A DNA stretch of 52,143 nt from a virus, in IMG/VR virus record IMGVR_UViG_3300042908_001490, positions 1 to 52,143 of that record, one strand, 5' to 3'. Each line of letters opens with the position of its first letter. Within the stretch, counting starts at the first letter, position 1. The notes below the pieces were generated by a model. It did not search any database. It worked only from the letters and a program-made list of their open reading frames with translations, and was not told where the DNA came from. Both the position numbers and the translations under genes were made by a program. Below are positions 24,969 through 33,103 of this stretch, piece after piece.

Positions 24969-25148
24969 TTATTCTTGCTTTGCAGCGATCGCTATATCGT
25001 TAGTTCGAGCTTTTTCTAGTAATTCAGCGATCGCTATTGTTTGATCAAGAGATATCCCATGTTGCTCGCTCAATCGCTTGAGATGCTTGATAGTTGTGTC
25101 AACATCATCTACGGTTACACGCCCATACTGTTTATACGCTGATTCCAT
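24969..25148 (-). CDS. small hypothetical protein (59 aa, below ORF-track cutoff)
   Basis: MESAYKQYGRVTVDDVDTTIKHLKRLSEQHGISLDQTIAIAELLEKARTNDIAIAAKQE. Its ATG is 2 nt after the ATPase stop. Confidence 0.5.
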   Translation of the reverse strand: MESAYKQYGRVTVDDVDTTIKHLKRLSEQHGISLDQTIAIAELLEKARTNDIAIAAKQE

Positions 25149-25150
25149 AA

Positions 25151-27097
25151 TTATTCTCCCTGCTCAATAAATAAACAACTAATTCTCTCGTCCTGCGACA
25201 CCATTGATGCTGTCGTTCTCGCTTGTGCTTGATCACCGTCGTTACTTGGTAAAAAACCTATAGCAAGCAATTTATATTCGTTACCAATACCGTACAGGTG
25301 CAATTGTCCAGCCGCTTGGTAAATTGTATCTCTGGTTAAATATTTTTTAACCTCAACAATAGTACCACCATCAAAATCAGTGGCAATATCAATGAAACCG
25401 CCATTACTTTTAACTTCTGTTTGTACCTTGTAGCCGTGTTTAGTGAGTCGAGATGCGATCGCTTTCTGCAAATCTTCCTCTCTCCACTTTTCGGGCAACT
25501 CCAAATTAGCGGTAATCATTGCCCAAGTGATAACTTCATCAGTTAGTTCAAGATTGTTTTTCAACAGCATTAAAGCATCGGCAGTTAAAGATATTCCAGT
25601 GACTTGTTGCCACGCTTGAACTAACTCAGAATCGGTGGGGTTTCTGCCTAATTTGTCTATCCATGAGCCTATAACATGATAAGGATTTATGTCTTCTTTC
25701 TGCTCCGATTGCGCCGCATCCTGTGGTTTTTCAGTTTGCTCCAAATCATCAATATTGAAAACAGGAATTAGAGCAATATAAGGATTACCTTTAGTGGGAA
25801 TTACTAAAGCGTATCTCACACCCTGCTTATCAAGTAGTTCACAAACTTCTTTCAATAAGTCAAGAATATCACCTTTAACATTAAGAAAATCGGATGGATT
25901 GCTTAATATGTAACTTGATACTTTGCCCAGTGCAATAAAGCAAATATTCTTGTAACTGGGACGACTAAAACCTGTGCATCCACTTAACGGATTTTGCCCC
26001 ATAAATACGCCATGAACTTTCATTGCGGCTGTAAAGTTGATAACGTAATTCCACATCCCTTGAAGATTTACAGCCGTTTCTTTTGTGACTTGTTTCTTAC
26101 CCGTTCCTGGTAGTCCTTTGCCGCCACCATAAACGACATTTACCTCATCCTGAATTAAGAATATTTCTGATAGACCCGCACCTTTCCGATTGTGTTCAAA
26201 TTCTTGTTGCCTCTCATCAATAATCTTAGTGGCAAACTTAATCCATTCTGGCAATGATTCCAGACCTTCAAACTTTTTGGAAAACTTACATAACCAACGA
26301 GTAACAAAGTTTTTGGGATCTGAACCAATCACATAAGCAGCACCTTGTGATTGAGCCGCAATCTTATTAATAATCACCCCTGCCAACGTTGATTTACCTG
26401 ACTGAGTTTCACCCCATAATCCAAAGTGGTGGTTAGCTCTGTTCCCCATATCCTGAACTGCCGAACTATCGCACAATTCATCAATCCAATTATTATCAAT
26501 CCTGATGTATTCAGGATATTCTGTAGCTAATTCTTGCAGCACAGCCATCACGCCAGGGTTAATGATTTCTTGGACTGCATCCTCATTAAAAGTTGCAACT
26601 TCAGGATTGGGAATACCGCGAGAACTGGGGAGTTGCTTTGGTTCGATTACAGCTTGTTGAACTTGTGGGATTTCTACTAATCCATGTAACCTGTATTCTT
26701 CCATCCATCGTTGACGTTCGTGCGGTGGCAATGAATTGATTCGGGCTGCTAAATCCCTCTTGGCTTCAATTTTCCGCATAGAGAGTTCATAATTAAGAGT
26801 CTCTCTAAGCCCCTCCTTTACTATCTGATAATTAGCTTCATCAATACTCTGATAAGTTTTTTCTTTGCGTTGGCGGCGGAAACATTCTGCTGTAAAACAA
26901 GTCGCAAAAGACAGCCCCGCTATGTTTTCAATTAGCTTTACTTCCTTGATTTGATTTGGCCACAAAATAGGTAAAACTGTACCAACTGCGGCTGCAATTC
27001 CGAGCGCTCCCAACAATATGCGCTCGGATGTTATCAAGGGTTCAAAACAGTTTTTTTGATGTGCAAACGGGTTGGTTGATTGCATCATGTCATCCAC
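25151..27097 (-). CDS. membrane-anchored FtsK/HerA-type P-loop ATPase with C-terminal PD-(D/E)xK-like domain
   Basis: There are two N-terminal TM helices. Walker A is GETQSGKST and Walker B is IFLIQDEVN. The C-terminus reads GGFIDIATDFDGGTIVEVKKY, a D...ExK pattern. Confidence 0.75.
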   Translation of the reverse strand: MDDMMQSTNPFAHQKNCFEPLITSERILLGALGIAAAVGTVLPILWPNQIKEVKLIENIAGLSFATCFTAECFRRQRKEKTYQSIDEANYQIVKEGLRETLNYELSMRKIEAKRDLAARINSLPPHERQRWMEEYRLHGLVEIPQVQQAVIEPKQLPSSRGIPNPEVATFNEDAVQEIINPGVMAVLQELATEYPEYIRIDNNWIDELCDSSAVQDMGNRANHHFGLWGETQSGKSTLAGVIINKIAAQSQGAAYVIGSDPKNFVTRWLCKFSKKFEGLESLPEWIKFATKIIDERQQEFEHNRKGAGLSEIFLIQDEVNVVYGGGKGLPGTGKKQVTKETAVNLQGMWNYVINFTAAMKVHGVFMGQNPLSGCTGFSRPSYKNICFIALGKVSSYILSNPSDFLNVKGDILDLLKEVCELLDKQGVRYALVIPTKGNPYIALIPVFNIDDLEQTEKPQDAAQSEQKEDINPYHVIGSWIDKLGRNPTDSELVQAWQQVTGISLTADALMLLKNNLELTDEVITWAMITANLELPEKWREEDLQKAIASRLTKHGYKVQTEVKSNGGFIDIATDFDGGTIVEVKKYLTRDTIYQAAGQLHLYGIGNEYKLLAIGFLPSNDGDQAQARTTASMVSQDERISCLFIEQGE

Positions 27098-27392
27098 CTA
27101 TTGTGATTCCAATAATTAGCGCGACTGTAGCCGCAGTTCCAAAAACATAGGTTGGGGCAAATCCTACAATTGATTGATTTTTATTCAGATGCCCGGCGGA
27201 CTTGTACCACAGCCCACACCAATTATAAAAACCAAGCCCGACAAATATCAAAATTGAGAACAAGTATAAGGCGATCGCGCCATTCTTGGATTCAGGGAAT
27301 CCCCGAATAATTTGCCCCAACAAAAGGAAGAACGATGCGCCAGTTAAGAAGTATCCAAAATAGAGTAAATTTTTCATTTTCGCATTTCCCAT
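27090..27392 (-). CDS. membrane protein (3 TM)
   Basis: 100 aa with three hydrophobic helices. It overlaps the ATPase start by 8 nt. Confidence 0.6.
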   Translation of the reverse strand: MGNAKMKNLLYFGYFLTGASFFLLLGQIIRGFPESKNGAIALYLFSILIFVGLGFYNWCGLWYKSAGHLNKNQSIVGFAPTYVFGTAATVALIIGITIGG

Positions 27393-27469
27393 TGAAGATA
27401 CAAGATCATGCCTAAAAATAATGCAACTAATAGAATGATAATTATACCCTTTGCATCTGGAACTATCAT
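27374..27469 (-). CDS. micro membrane peptide (31 aa)
   Basis: MIVPDAKGIIIILLVALFLGMILYLQWEMRK. It fills the gap between two genes. Support is weak. Confidence 0.3.
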   Translation of the reverse strand: MIVPDAKGIIIILLVALFLGMILYLQWEMRK

Positions 27470-27470
27470 T

Positions 27471-27953
27471 TTAATCTCCCTGTTTGCTTGCTATATAGAA
27501 AACATTTGCACAACCAAAAGCTACCTCTGATCCCAACACAAATACACCGCACAACACTTTAAGAAACAATAACTTGGGATTGCCAAGTTGAATAAGATTG
27601 ACTTGATAATCAAACCAAAAAGTGTAAGCAGAAATCAGCAAAAAAGCACCTATTCCCAAGAAAGATACTATATCTACAACCTGCTTAACCTCTTTGTCTG
27701 ACTTCGGTTTTTCAAGAATTTTTATCAATACTCTAGGGTCAAATAACACCGTAATAGTTGCGCTTTCAACTCCTAAAATCAGAGCTATTGATACACAAGT
27801 TGCAAAAGTTTTTTGCCACTGATCAACGCCTTTCATTAAATTCCAAAAATACGGAAATAAGGTGAATCCGTTGTAGAAAAATATAGCCCAACCTACTTTA
27901 TTAAAAATTGAGCTAAGACTACCATCTGCTTCAGCATTTCTTTTAAAAAACAT
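27471..27953 (-). CDS. membrane protein (4 TM)
   Basis: 160 aa with four hydrophobic helices. It has a TAATG overlap with the upstream gene. Confidence 0.65.
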   Translation of the reverse strand: MFFKRNAEADGSLSSIFNKVGWAIFFYNGFTLFPYFWNLMKGVDQWQKTFATCVSIALILGVESATITVLFDPRVLIKILEKPKSDKEVKQVVDIVSFLGIGAFLLISAYTFWFDYQVNLIQLGNPKLLFLKVLCGVFVLGSEVAFGCANVFYIASKQGD

Positions 27954-28384
27954 TAGCTAAATATCTCCGCACCTACTTGATAAGCTTCTGTAAAACCGTC
28001 TACATAAGCCTGGGTTGTGGCCGCGCCTAACATATATTGAGCAACTGTTTGATTATGCCCAGATTCAATTTCTCGCAACTTCTGATCTGCTTTCATTGTC
28101 ACAGCAGCCCATCTAGTGTTTTTAGCGTGTAAATCTACCGCCTTGCCAAGTAGTTTTTCTTGTGTAGAAATAATGTCATCGGCTAGTTGCAATTCTGCGT
28201 CAACCTGTCCCATTTCACGCTCCAAATTAACTACTTGCTGTGCTGATATTTCAGTGGGTAATTTCATCTTGGCTTTCACTCTAGCCATTGAATTACCCAT
28301 GTTGCCGATAGCAGTTGGATTTTGCCCACTACCTGCTAATTTACCGGACTTGTCCGCAACTAATCCCCCGAAGAAATTCTCCAT
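27953..28384 (-). CDS. hypothetical protein
   Basis: 143-aa helical ORF. Confidence 0.6.
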   Translation of the reverse strand: MENFFGGLVADKSGKLAGSGQNPTAIGNMGNSMARVKAKMKLPTEISAQQVVNLEREMGQVDAELQLADDIISTQEKLLGKAVDLHAKNTRWAAVTMKADQKLREIESGHNQTVAQYMLGAATTQAYVDGFTEAYQVGAEIFS

Positions 28385-28742
28385 TATTCGCCACGCTCCC
28401 CTGCGTTTGTTGGTTTTTATTGAATGAAAGAAAAAGACATAAAAGACTGACTAAAATTGATGAAGCTAAAACGCAGAGAGTCATCATATCAACGTTTTTA
28501 GCTTGCTTTAGTATTTCCAATTCCTGTTTTCTGCTTGCGGCTCGATTATAGTCAGTAGTTGTTATTATCTGTCTGATTACGTTGTCATCAGCAACGCCCT
28601 CAAAATTAAATTCTCCACTTGGCTTGACACTAACTTTTATCGGCTTTGGTTGCTCACCAATCGGTTTGGCGGTAAACTGTATCGGGTTGGGCTGGGTAAT
28701 TGTCTCCTCCTCCCATATGTCGGGGAGGTCTGGAAATAGCAT
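28341..28742 (-). CDS. hypothetical protein with C-terminal TM helix
   Basis: The ATG at 28742 lies 2 codons inside the TTG-initiated track ORF. The TM helix reads MMTLCVLASSILVSLLCLFLSF. Confidence 0.5.
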   Translation of the reverse strand: MLFPDLPDIWEEETITQPNPIQFTAKPIGEQPKPIKVSVKPSGEFNFEGVADDNVIRQIITTTDYNRAASRKQELEILKQAKNVDMMTLCVLASSILVSLLCLFLSFNKNQQTQGSVANNGEFLRGISCGQVR

Positions 28743-28807
28743 AAACAAAAGCTCCTGTAAATAGAAAAGAAAGAATTAACACAGTGGGAATCATCCAGTT
28801 CGACGGT

Positions 28808-29350
28808 CTAATTATTGACGATATCTGCAAAAGCCTCATCGAAGATTGATCCAATTTGTCCACGAAAAGACGCGGATTCATCGGCGTACTCCTGAAGTCC
28901 TGCGGAAACTTTGGAAACAATGTTTGGACTGATTTGTTTGTAGCGATTCACGATTCTTGCTGCGGCTGCATTCTCAACTTCAGTTGATTTTCTATCTGAT
29001 ATTTCGTACATTGCATCAGATTCGTTTGCAACTGTAGCCCTGAGATTTTGAACAGCAACTTTCAGGTTTTCAATACCTTGATTGCTGGTGGTTGTCGCTG
29101 GGGTATTTTTCTTGTTTTTCTTCGCTTTAGGTTCTTCGTTTGTTGCCAGTTGTCCGTTATTCTCAACAGTAGTCAAACCAAAACCAGCATTTTCTTTATC
29201 AATTTCATCTGCTACAAACTGGGCGTTGGCATCATCTAAAGCAGCGGGGTCAATGTCGTATTGAGCGCAGATAGTTTGGGTTTTCTCCCAAACTTGCTCT
29301 ACGGACATTTCTGTTTTCATGAAACTTTTGACTAAATCTGCAACTGTCAT
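28808..29350 (-). CDS. hypothetical protein
   Basis: 180-aa ORF with an acidic N-terminus and a Lys-rich linker. Confidence 0.6.
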   Translation of the reverse strand: MTVADLVKSFMKTEMSVEQVWEKTQTICAQYDIDPAALDDANAQFVADEIDKENAGFGLTTVENNGQLATNEEPKAKKNKKNTPATTTSNQGIENLKVAVQNLRATVANESDAMYEISDRKSTEVENAAAARIVNRYKQISPNIVSKVSAGLQEYADESASFRGQIGSIFDEAFADIVNN

Positions 29351-29502
29351 TATTTAACTCCCAATAATAATTTTTTGATTTCCTTTCTAACGGCGGCGGT
29401 AAAAGCGAGTAGTCCGGGTTTTGTCGTCCATTCACTGTAGCTTCCGTCTGGTTCGTGTCGTCTAATAGTGAGAATAATTTCAGTTTCACTGTTTTGCTGC
29501 AT
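29350..29502 (-). CDS. small hypothetical protein (50 aa)
   Basis: MQQNSETEIILTIRRHEPDGSYSEWTTKPGLLAFTAAVRKEIKKLLLGVK. GAGGT lies upstream, and there is a TAATG overlap with the next gene. Confidence 0.5.
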   Translation of the reverse strand: MQQNSETEIILTIRRHEPDGSYSEWTTKPGLLAFTAAVRKEIKKLLLGVK

Positions 29503-29614
29503 TAACTACCTCAGCTTTTGTGGCGTGAATGTTATTCGCTGTTATTAATGAAAGTGGTGGAATTGCAAACAATAATAAGACAACGATTGCGGCTTCTAGT
29601 TTTGACTTAAACAT
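29486..29614 (-). CDS. small membrane/secreted peptide (42 aa)
   Basis: MFKSKLEAAIVVLLLFAIPPLSLITANNIHATKAEVVNAAKQ. AAGGAG lies 6 nt upstream of the ATG. Confidence 0.5.
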   Translation of the reverse strand: MFKSKLEAAIVVLLLFAIPPLSLITANNIHATKAEVVNAAKQ

Positions 29615-29882
29615 TGCTATCTCCTTGGTTAATTTTCTCTAGTTCCAGTTGAATCATTTTCGCTTTGCCTCTAAAATTTCTGTATTTTACGACAAGCGAT
29701 CGCACCAACTTTAATTGTTCAATTTGCTGATCAGTTTCAACTGGCATCCCAGTCAATTTGCCTGTTTCTGAATTCATAAAACCGGAAAAAACATTCAAAT
29801 GCTGGGATGCCAATTTTAAATATCGCTGGAGTTGCCTTTCCCCTACACCAATCTTTTCCGCAACATCCTTCCTATTAGCCAT
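29607..29882 (-). CDS. HTH protein
   Basis: MANRKDVAEKIGVGERQLQRYLK read from the internal ATG at 29882. The N-terminal KVKI part of the track ORF is an alternate frame of the 12-bp repeat. Confidence 0.6.
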   Translation of the reverse strand: MANRKDVAEKIGVGERQLQRYLKLASQHLNVFSGFMNSETGKLTGMPVETDQQIEQLKLVRSLVVKYRNFRGKAKMIQLELEKINQGDSNV

Positions 29883-30183
29883 TTTCCTGATCTTGACTTT
29901 GATCTTGACTTTGATCTTGACTTTGATCTTGACTTTGATTCCACGCTTTCCAAACCTGTCTTTGCCCCCTTTCTGTTCTTTCTCCGAACAAATCATTGTT
30001 GATTGTTACGGCTGCTTGTCTCGCTGTTTCAGGTGAAACTCCTTTGCGTTCCAGCATTTCTTGAAAACGCTTTATTCTTGTCTTTTCCACTGATGTCTGC
30101 CTTATGTCTGGTATGTACCCAATATAAAGCCACCCTTTTGAGGTGGCTATAGGTTTCTGTGATTTCGCAGAATTTATAATCAC
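29875..30183 (-). CDS. hypothetical protein with (QSQD)4 tail
   Basis: 102 aa with a GTG start that overlaps the upstream stop (GTGA). Confidence 0.55.
   Translation of the reverse strand: MIINSAKSQKPIATSKGWLYIGYIPDIRQTSVEKTRIKRFQEMLERKGVSPETARQAAVTINNDLFGERTERGQRQVWKAWNQSQDQSQDQSQDQSQDQENG
29889..29936. repeat. 4 x 12-bp tandem repeat gatcttgacttt
   Basis: Exact units start at 29889, 29901, 29913 and 29925. Each unit carries a GATC. Confidence 0.95.
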
Positions 30184-30398
30184 TTAGAGAGAACAGCGAT
30201 CGCCCAGCTTGGGAAATTATCTTTATAGAACCATGTTTCGATAGTTTGTCTTTTGGGTGGCTTACCCTCAGTCCCCTCGAAAAAAGTAGATATTTTTCTA
30301 ACGGCATCATTAATACACATTTTTTTATAGCCGTGGTCGCCCATTAATAATCCTTGGGCTTTTGGGAGTTTGTCCGCGATCGCTTGCATCCGTGCCAT
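30180..30398 (-). CDS. hypothetical protein, first gene of the operon
   Basis: 72-aa ORF from the ORF track. Confidence 0.55.
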   Translation of the reverse strand: MARMQAIADKLPKAQGLLMGDHGYKKMCINDAVRKISTFFEGTEGKPPKRQTIETWFYKDNFPSWAIAVLSK

Positions 30399-30519
30399 AA
30401 TTTTAATTACTCCTAGCAGGTAATAGCTGTTTGGGGTGAATATCCCCCAATCCGACGCAACCGGAGAGGGGGATTATTTTTTCAGTGTACATCATTTCCG
30501 CTAAATTCGTGCTAACTTG

Positions 30520-30918
30520 ATGGGACAATCTACAAATAATTTTATGGTGGAACGCAAAAAACCGCAGACAAAGCAAGAGCTAGAAGCCGATTCAGTCAAT
30601 CACCCAGAACGGGGTAAAGTTGACGGAAAACCAGTTGTAAGCGATGCACCCCGCGAACTTAGAGGGTGTGTACCAGCCGAACTCAAAAGAAAATTCCTCA
30701 GAGTTATTGCCTGTTATGGGCTTGATAATTCTGCTGGGGTGCAACAAGCGCTCACACTCTATTGGAACGAAAACAGAGAAGCGGTAGAATCTCACGAACG
30801 GCAAAAGTCTGAAGAATTGGGAATTTCTGTTGCAGAAGTTCAGAAAAAAAGTTATGGACATTCCAAAGCTCGGAGTAGGCAGAAAAAATTAAATTTAATG
30901 GGTGGTGACAATGAGTAA
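30520..30918 (+). CDS. RHH-like (CopG/ParG-type) protein
   Basis: LRGCVPAELKRKFLRVIACYGLDNSAGVQQALTLYW. The ATG is at 30520. Confidence 0.55.
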   Translation: MGQSTNNFMVERKKPQTKQELEADSVNHPERGKVDGKPVVSDAPRELRGCVPAELKRKFLRVIACYGLDNSAGVQQALTLYWNENREAVESHERQKSEELGISVAEVQKKSYGHSKARSRQKKLNLMGGDNE

Positions 30919-31426
30919 AATTCTATTTTTGGACTTAGATGGTACTGTCCGCAAAAGTAAATCTGGCGCAACTTTCATCAATGACCCCTATGACCAAGAA
31001 TTGATTGATGGGGTGGAAGATGCGATCGCCCGTTATCACGATTACAAAATAATCGGAGTCACAAATCAGGGTGGCGTAATCGCTGGGTATAAATCACTAG
31101 AGAATTGCTTTGAGGAGCAACGTCAAACCCTGAAACTGTTACCCCAAATGAGTTTGTTGTTATTTTGCACGGATAACGGTGATACCATGTTTCGACTCTC
31201 ACAAAGAGCATTAGAAATGCACGGTATGCCGATTATGACTAATCGTTCTAATCATTTTGGCAACTTCAGAAAACCCAACTCAGGAATGATTGTTTTTGGT
31301 ATGAAATATTCCAGGGAAAAGCTGGAGGAAATTTTAATGGTGGGAGATAGATCCGAAGATCAAGAATGTGCTGCTAATGCGAATATTCCATTTATGTGGG
31401 CGGAGGACTGGAGAAATGGTAAATAA
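30911..31426 (+). CDS. HAD-IIIA phosphatase (GmhB / polynucleotide 3'-phosphatase-like)
   Basis: The motifs are FLDLDGTV, VTNQGGV, FRKPNSGM and MVGDRSEDQ. Confidence 0.8.
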   Translation: MSKILFLDLDGTVRKSKSGATFINDPYDQELIDGVEDAIARYHDYKIIGVTNQGGVIAGYKSLENCFEEQRQTLKLLPQMSLLLFCTDNGDTMFRLSQRALEMHGMPIMTNRSNHFGNFRKPNSGMIVFGMKYSREKLEEILMVGDRSEDQECAANANIPFMWAEDWRNGK

Positions 31427-31655
31427 TTCAAATTGGAAATCAACTATTTGCACGGTATTAGAGCATCTACGATCAAATGATGCAAATGATATCCCTAATC
31501 CTGAGTTCATCAGAATTTTTAAAGGGATGAAATCAATCAGCCATTCAAATTTAGTCAATGAGCATATTGACGAGGTAATAGTGGCGATCGCTGATGACTC
31601 CTATTCCGACAAACTTCTACTGGATTTAATTGAATACGTGAGGGATTATGACTAG
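31416..31655 (+). CDS. hypothetical protein
   Basis: The internal ATG at 31416 overlaps the HAD gene stop. Confidence 0.5.
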   Translation: MVNNSNWKSTICTVLEHLRSNDANDIPNPEFIRIFKGMKSISHSNLVNEHIDEVIVAIADDSYSDKLLLDLIEYVRDYD

Positions 31656-32160
31656 CCAACCTGAAGGATATCCCCAAAGATGGGTGTGGGCTGCTTGCGC
31701 TCACATCTACGGCGACCCGATAAGCGATCGCACTTGGAGAAAGTACAAGGATATATGCCAAGTCCCTGATTTTCGCAAGCTCAAGAAAGGGGAAGAGCCG
31801 ATTATTAGTAAAACCCATTGCCAATGGCTAATGACGTTGGCTTATATCCGGTTTGAGCAAAAGCGGGAAAACGGGACTAAAAGACCAATGGGATGCAAAA
31901 CTGGTGTGACCATCCAACAAATTATCAAACGGTTAAACTCAAGTCCTGTTTTAAAAACTGAACTTGATAAGGCATTAGGTGATGCTGTAATTATTGATGG
32001 CATTAAAGGTTCGGAAGTACCCACATGGTTGAGTCGTCAAATCGGCAAGTCTCCAACAATTAAAACTCTCAGACGTTGGGCAAAAAAGCACAATCTGAAG
32101 TTCTCAACTCATCTGCCTGTTCCGGTAGAAACGTTAGATACATTTTTGCGAATAGCGTGA
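31648..32160 (+). CDS. hypothetical protein
   Basis: 170-aa ORF overlapping the upstream gene by 8 nt. Confidence 0.55.
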   Translation: MTSQPEGYPQRWVWAACAHIYGDPISDRTWRKYKDICQVPDFRKLKKGEEPIISKTHCQWLMTLAYIRFEQKRENGTKRPMGCKTGVTIQQIIKRLNSSPVLKTELDKALGDAVIIDGIKGSEVPTWLSRQIGKSPTIKTLRRWAKKHNLKFSTHLPVPVETLDTFLRIA

Positions 32161-32187
32161 CTTTCGTGAATTGCGCCAATAAATAAA

Positions 32188-32219
32188 AACCCACTAAAAT
32201 TAATGCAATTTAGTGGGTT
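32188..32219 (+). terminator. stem-loop terminator
   Basis: The stem AACCCACTAAA / TTTAGTGGGTT is 11 bp with a 10-nt loop. Confidence 0.55.
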
Positions 32220-32373
32220 CATTTATGCCTAGTATTGATTCTACAGTTGGGGAAGTATGCCGTTATTTGGGGTAAGAGCGGATAGCGATCGCTCAGAACC
32301 CCCCAATCAACAAGCATTTAAACCAGGGACACGCGATCGGCACGATTCAATTGATTTACTAAAAAGGGGTAAT

Positions 32374-32766
32374 ATGGACTCATTTAGACTGTTGATCCAA
32401 CTCAAGAAGCAAGAAAAAGAACTCGCGGAGAAAATCAAGTCGGTTCAAAAAATGGCTATTGAAGATGCCATGTCTTTCGGTAAGACTGGACAGTTAGACA
32501 CAATTGATGGTGCAAAAGTTGTTTTTAAATTGGTGGCAGTCAAACCCAAGCCGACAAACGAAATTCAAATAATGATGGAGCATTTGGAATTTGTCAGGGA
32601 AAATCTGCAAAAGTCTAACTCTTCCCGTATCGCTGAATTGAAGGCAGAATTAGAAGCGCTCACCACAAATCCAGAAATTCAGGAAATAGAGTTGGAAATA
32701 GATGCGGCTATGGGAGCGATCGCGTCTGAAAAGGTTGGTCAAATTGCGATTACCCTGCCAAAATAG
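32374..32766 (+). CDS. hypothetical coiled-coil protein
   Basis: MDSFRLLIQLKKQEKELAEK... read from the ATG at 32374, with AGGGG upstream. Confidence 0.55.
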   Translation: MDSFRLLIQLKKQEKELAEKIKSVQKMAIEDAMSFGKTGQLDTIDGAKVVFKLVAVKPKPTNEIQIMMEHLEFVRENLQKSNSSRIAELKAELEALTTNPEIQEIELEIDAAMGAIASEKVGQIAITLPK

Positions 32767-32775
32767 CCAATAAAA

Positions 32776-32797
32776 AACCCGCCATTACTGACGGGTT
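32776..32797. terminator. bidirectional stem-loop between convergent genes
   Basis: AACCCG ... CGGGTT, flanked by an A-run on the 5' side and a T-run on the 3' side. Confidence 0.45.
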
Positions 32798-32813
32798 AAA
32801 TAGTTTTAATTTA

Positions 32814-33005
32814 TTAAATTGTTTCCCAATTTTCTCTAACTGTTTTTTCTAATTTACACCTGCCCTTCCATCGAACAGGATGATGCAGATTTTCAGATAT
32901 GGCTTCATTCCATATGACATCAATTACCTGCTCTACGGAGGAGATTTCAGGAAAATTGATTTTTATATTTTCTACAGCTTTTTTGACAACGTCAATATAT
33001 TCCAT
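32814..33005 (-). CDS. hypothetical protein
   Basis: 63-aa ORF from the ORF track. Confidence 0.5.
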   Translation of the reverse strand: MEYIDVVKKAVENIKINFPEISSVEQVIDVIWNEAISENLHHPVRWKGRCKLEKTVRENWETI

Positions 33006-33051
33006 AAATGACCTTACTACTTTCTGTTAGCTTGCTTACCACTACATGAGA

Positions 33052-33085
33052 TGCACTTTAGCGATCGCGGAACTAAGGAGTTCCG
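33052..33085. repeat. third, truncated copy of the hairpin+HIP1 leader element
   Basis: The 34 nt tgcactttagcgatcgcggaactaaggagttccg are identical to 34679-34712 and 35013-35046. Confidence 0.9.
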
Positions 33086-33103
33086 GTGAGCGATCGGAAT
33101 AAA

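Noticed and set aside
28654-28920. 88-aa ORF overlapping both neighbours (TM segment MIPTVLILSFLFTGAFVYAI)
   Set aside because: An internal start at 28794 would give a 46-aa TM peptide. That peptide would still overlap the 28341-28742 gene by ~90 nt in another frame. It could be real or a frameshift fusion, and sequence alone cannot decide.
29250-29489. 79-aa ORF MKLKLFSLLDD...
   Set aside because: It overlaps the start of 28808-29350 by 100 nt and has no SD. The same DNA is better explained by two coupled small ORFs (29350-29502 and 29486-29614), which have GAGGT/AAGGAG sites and stop-start overlaps.
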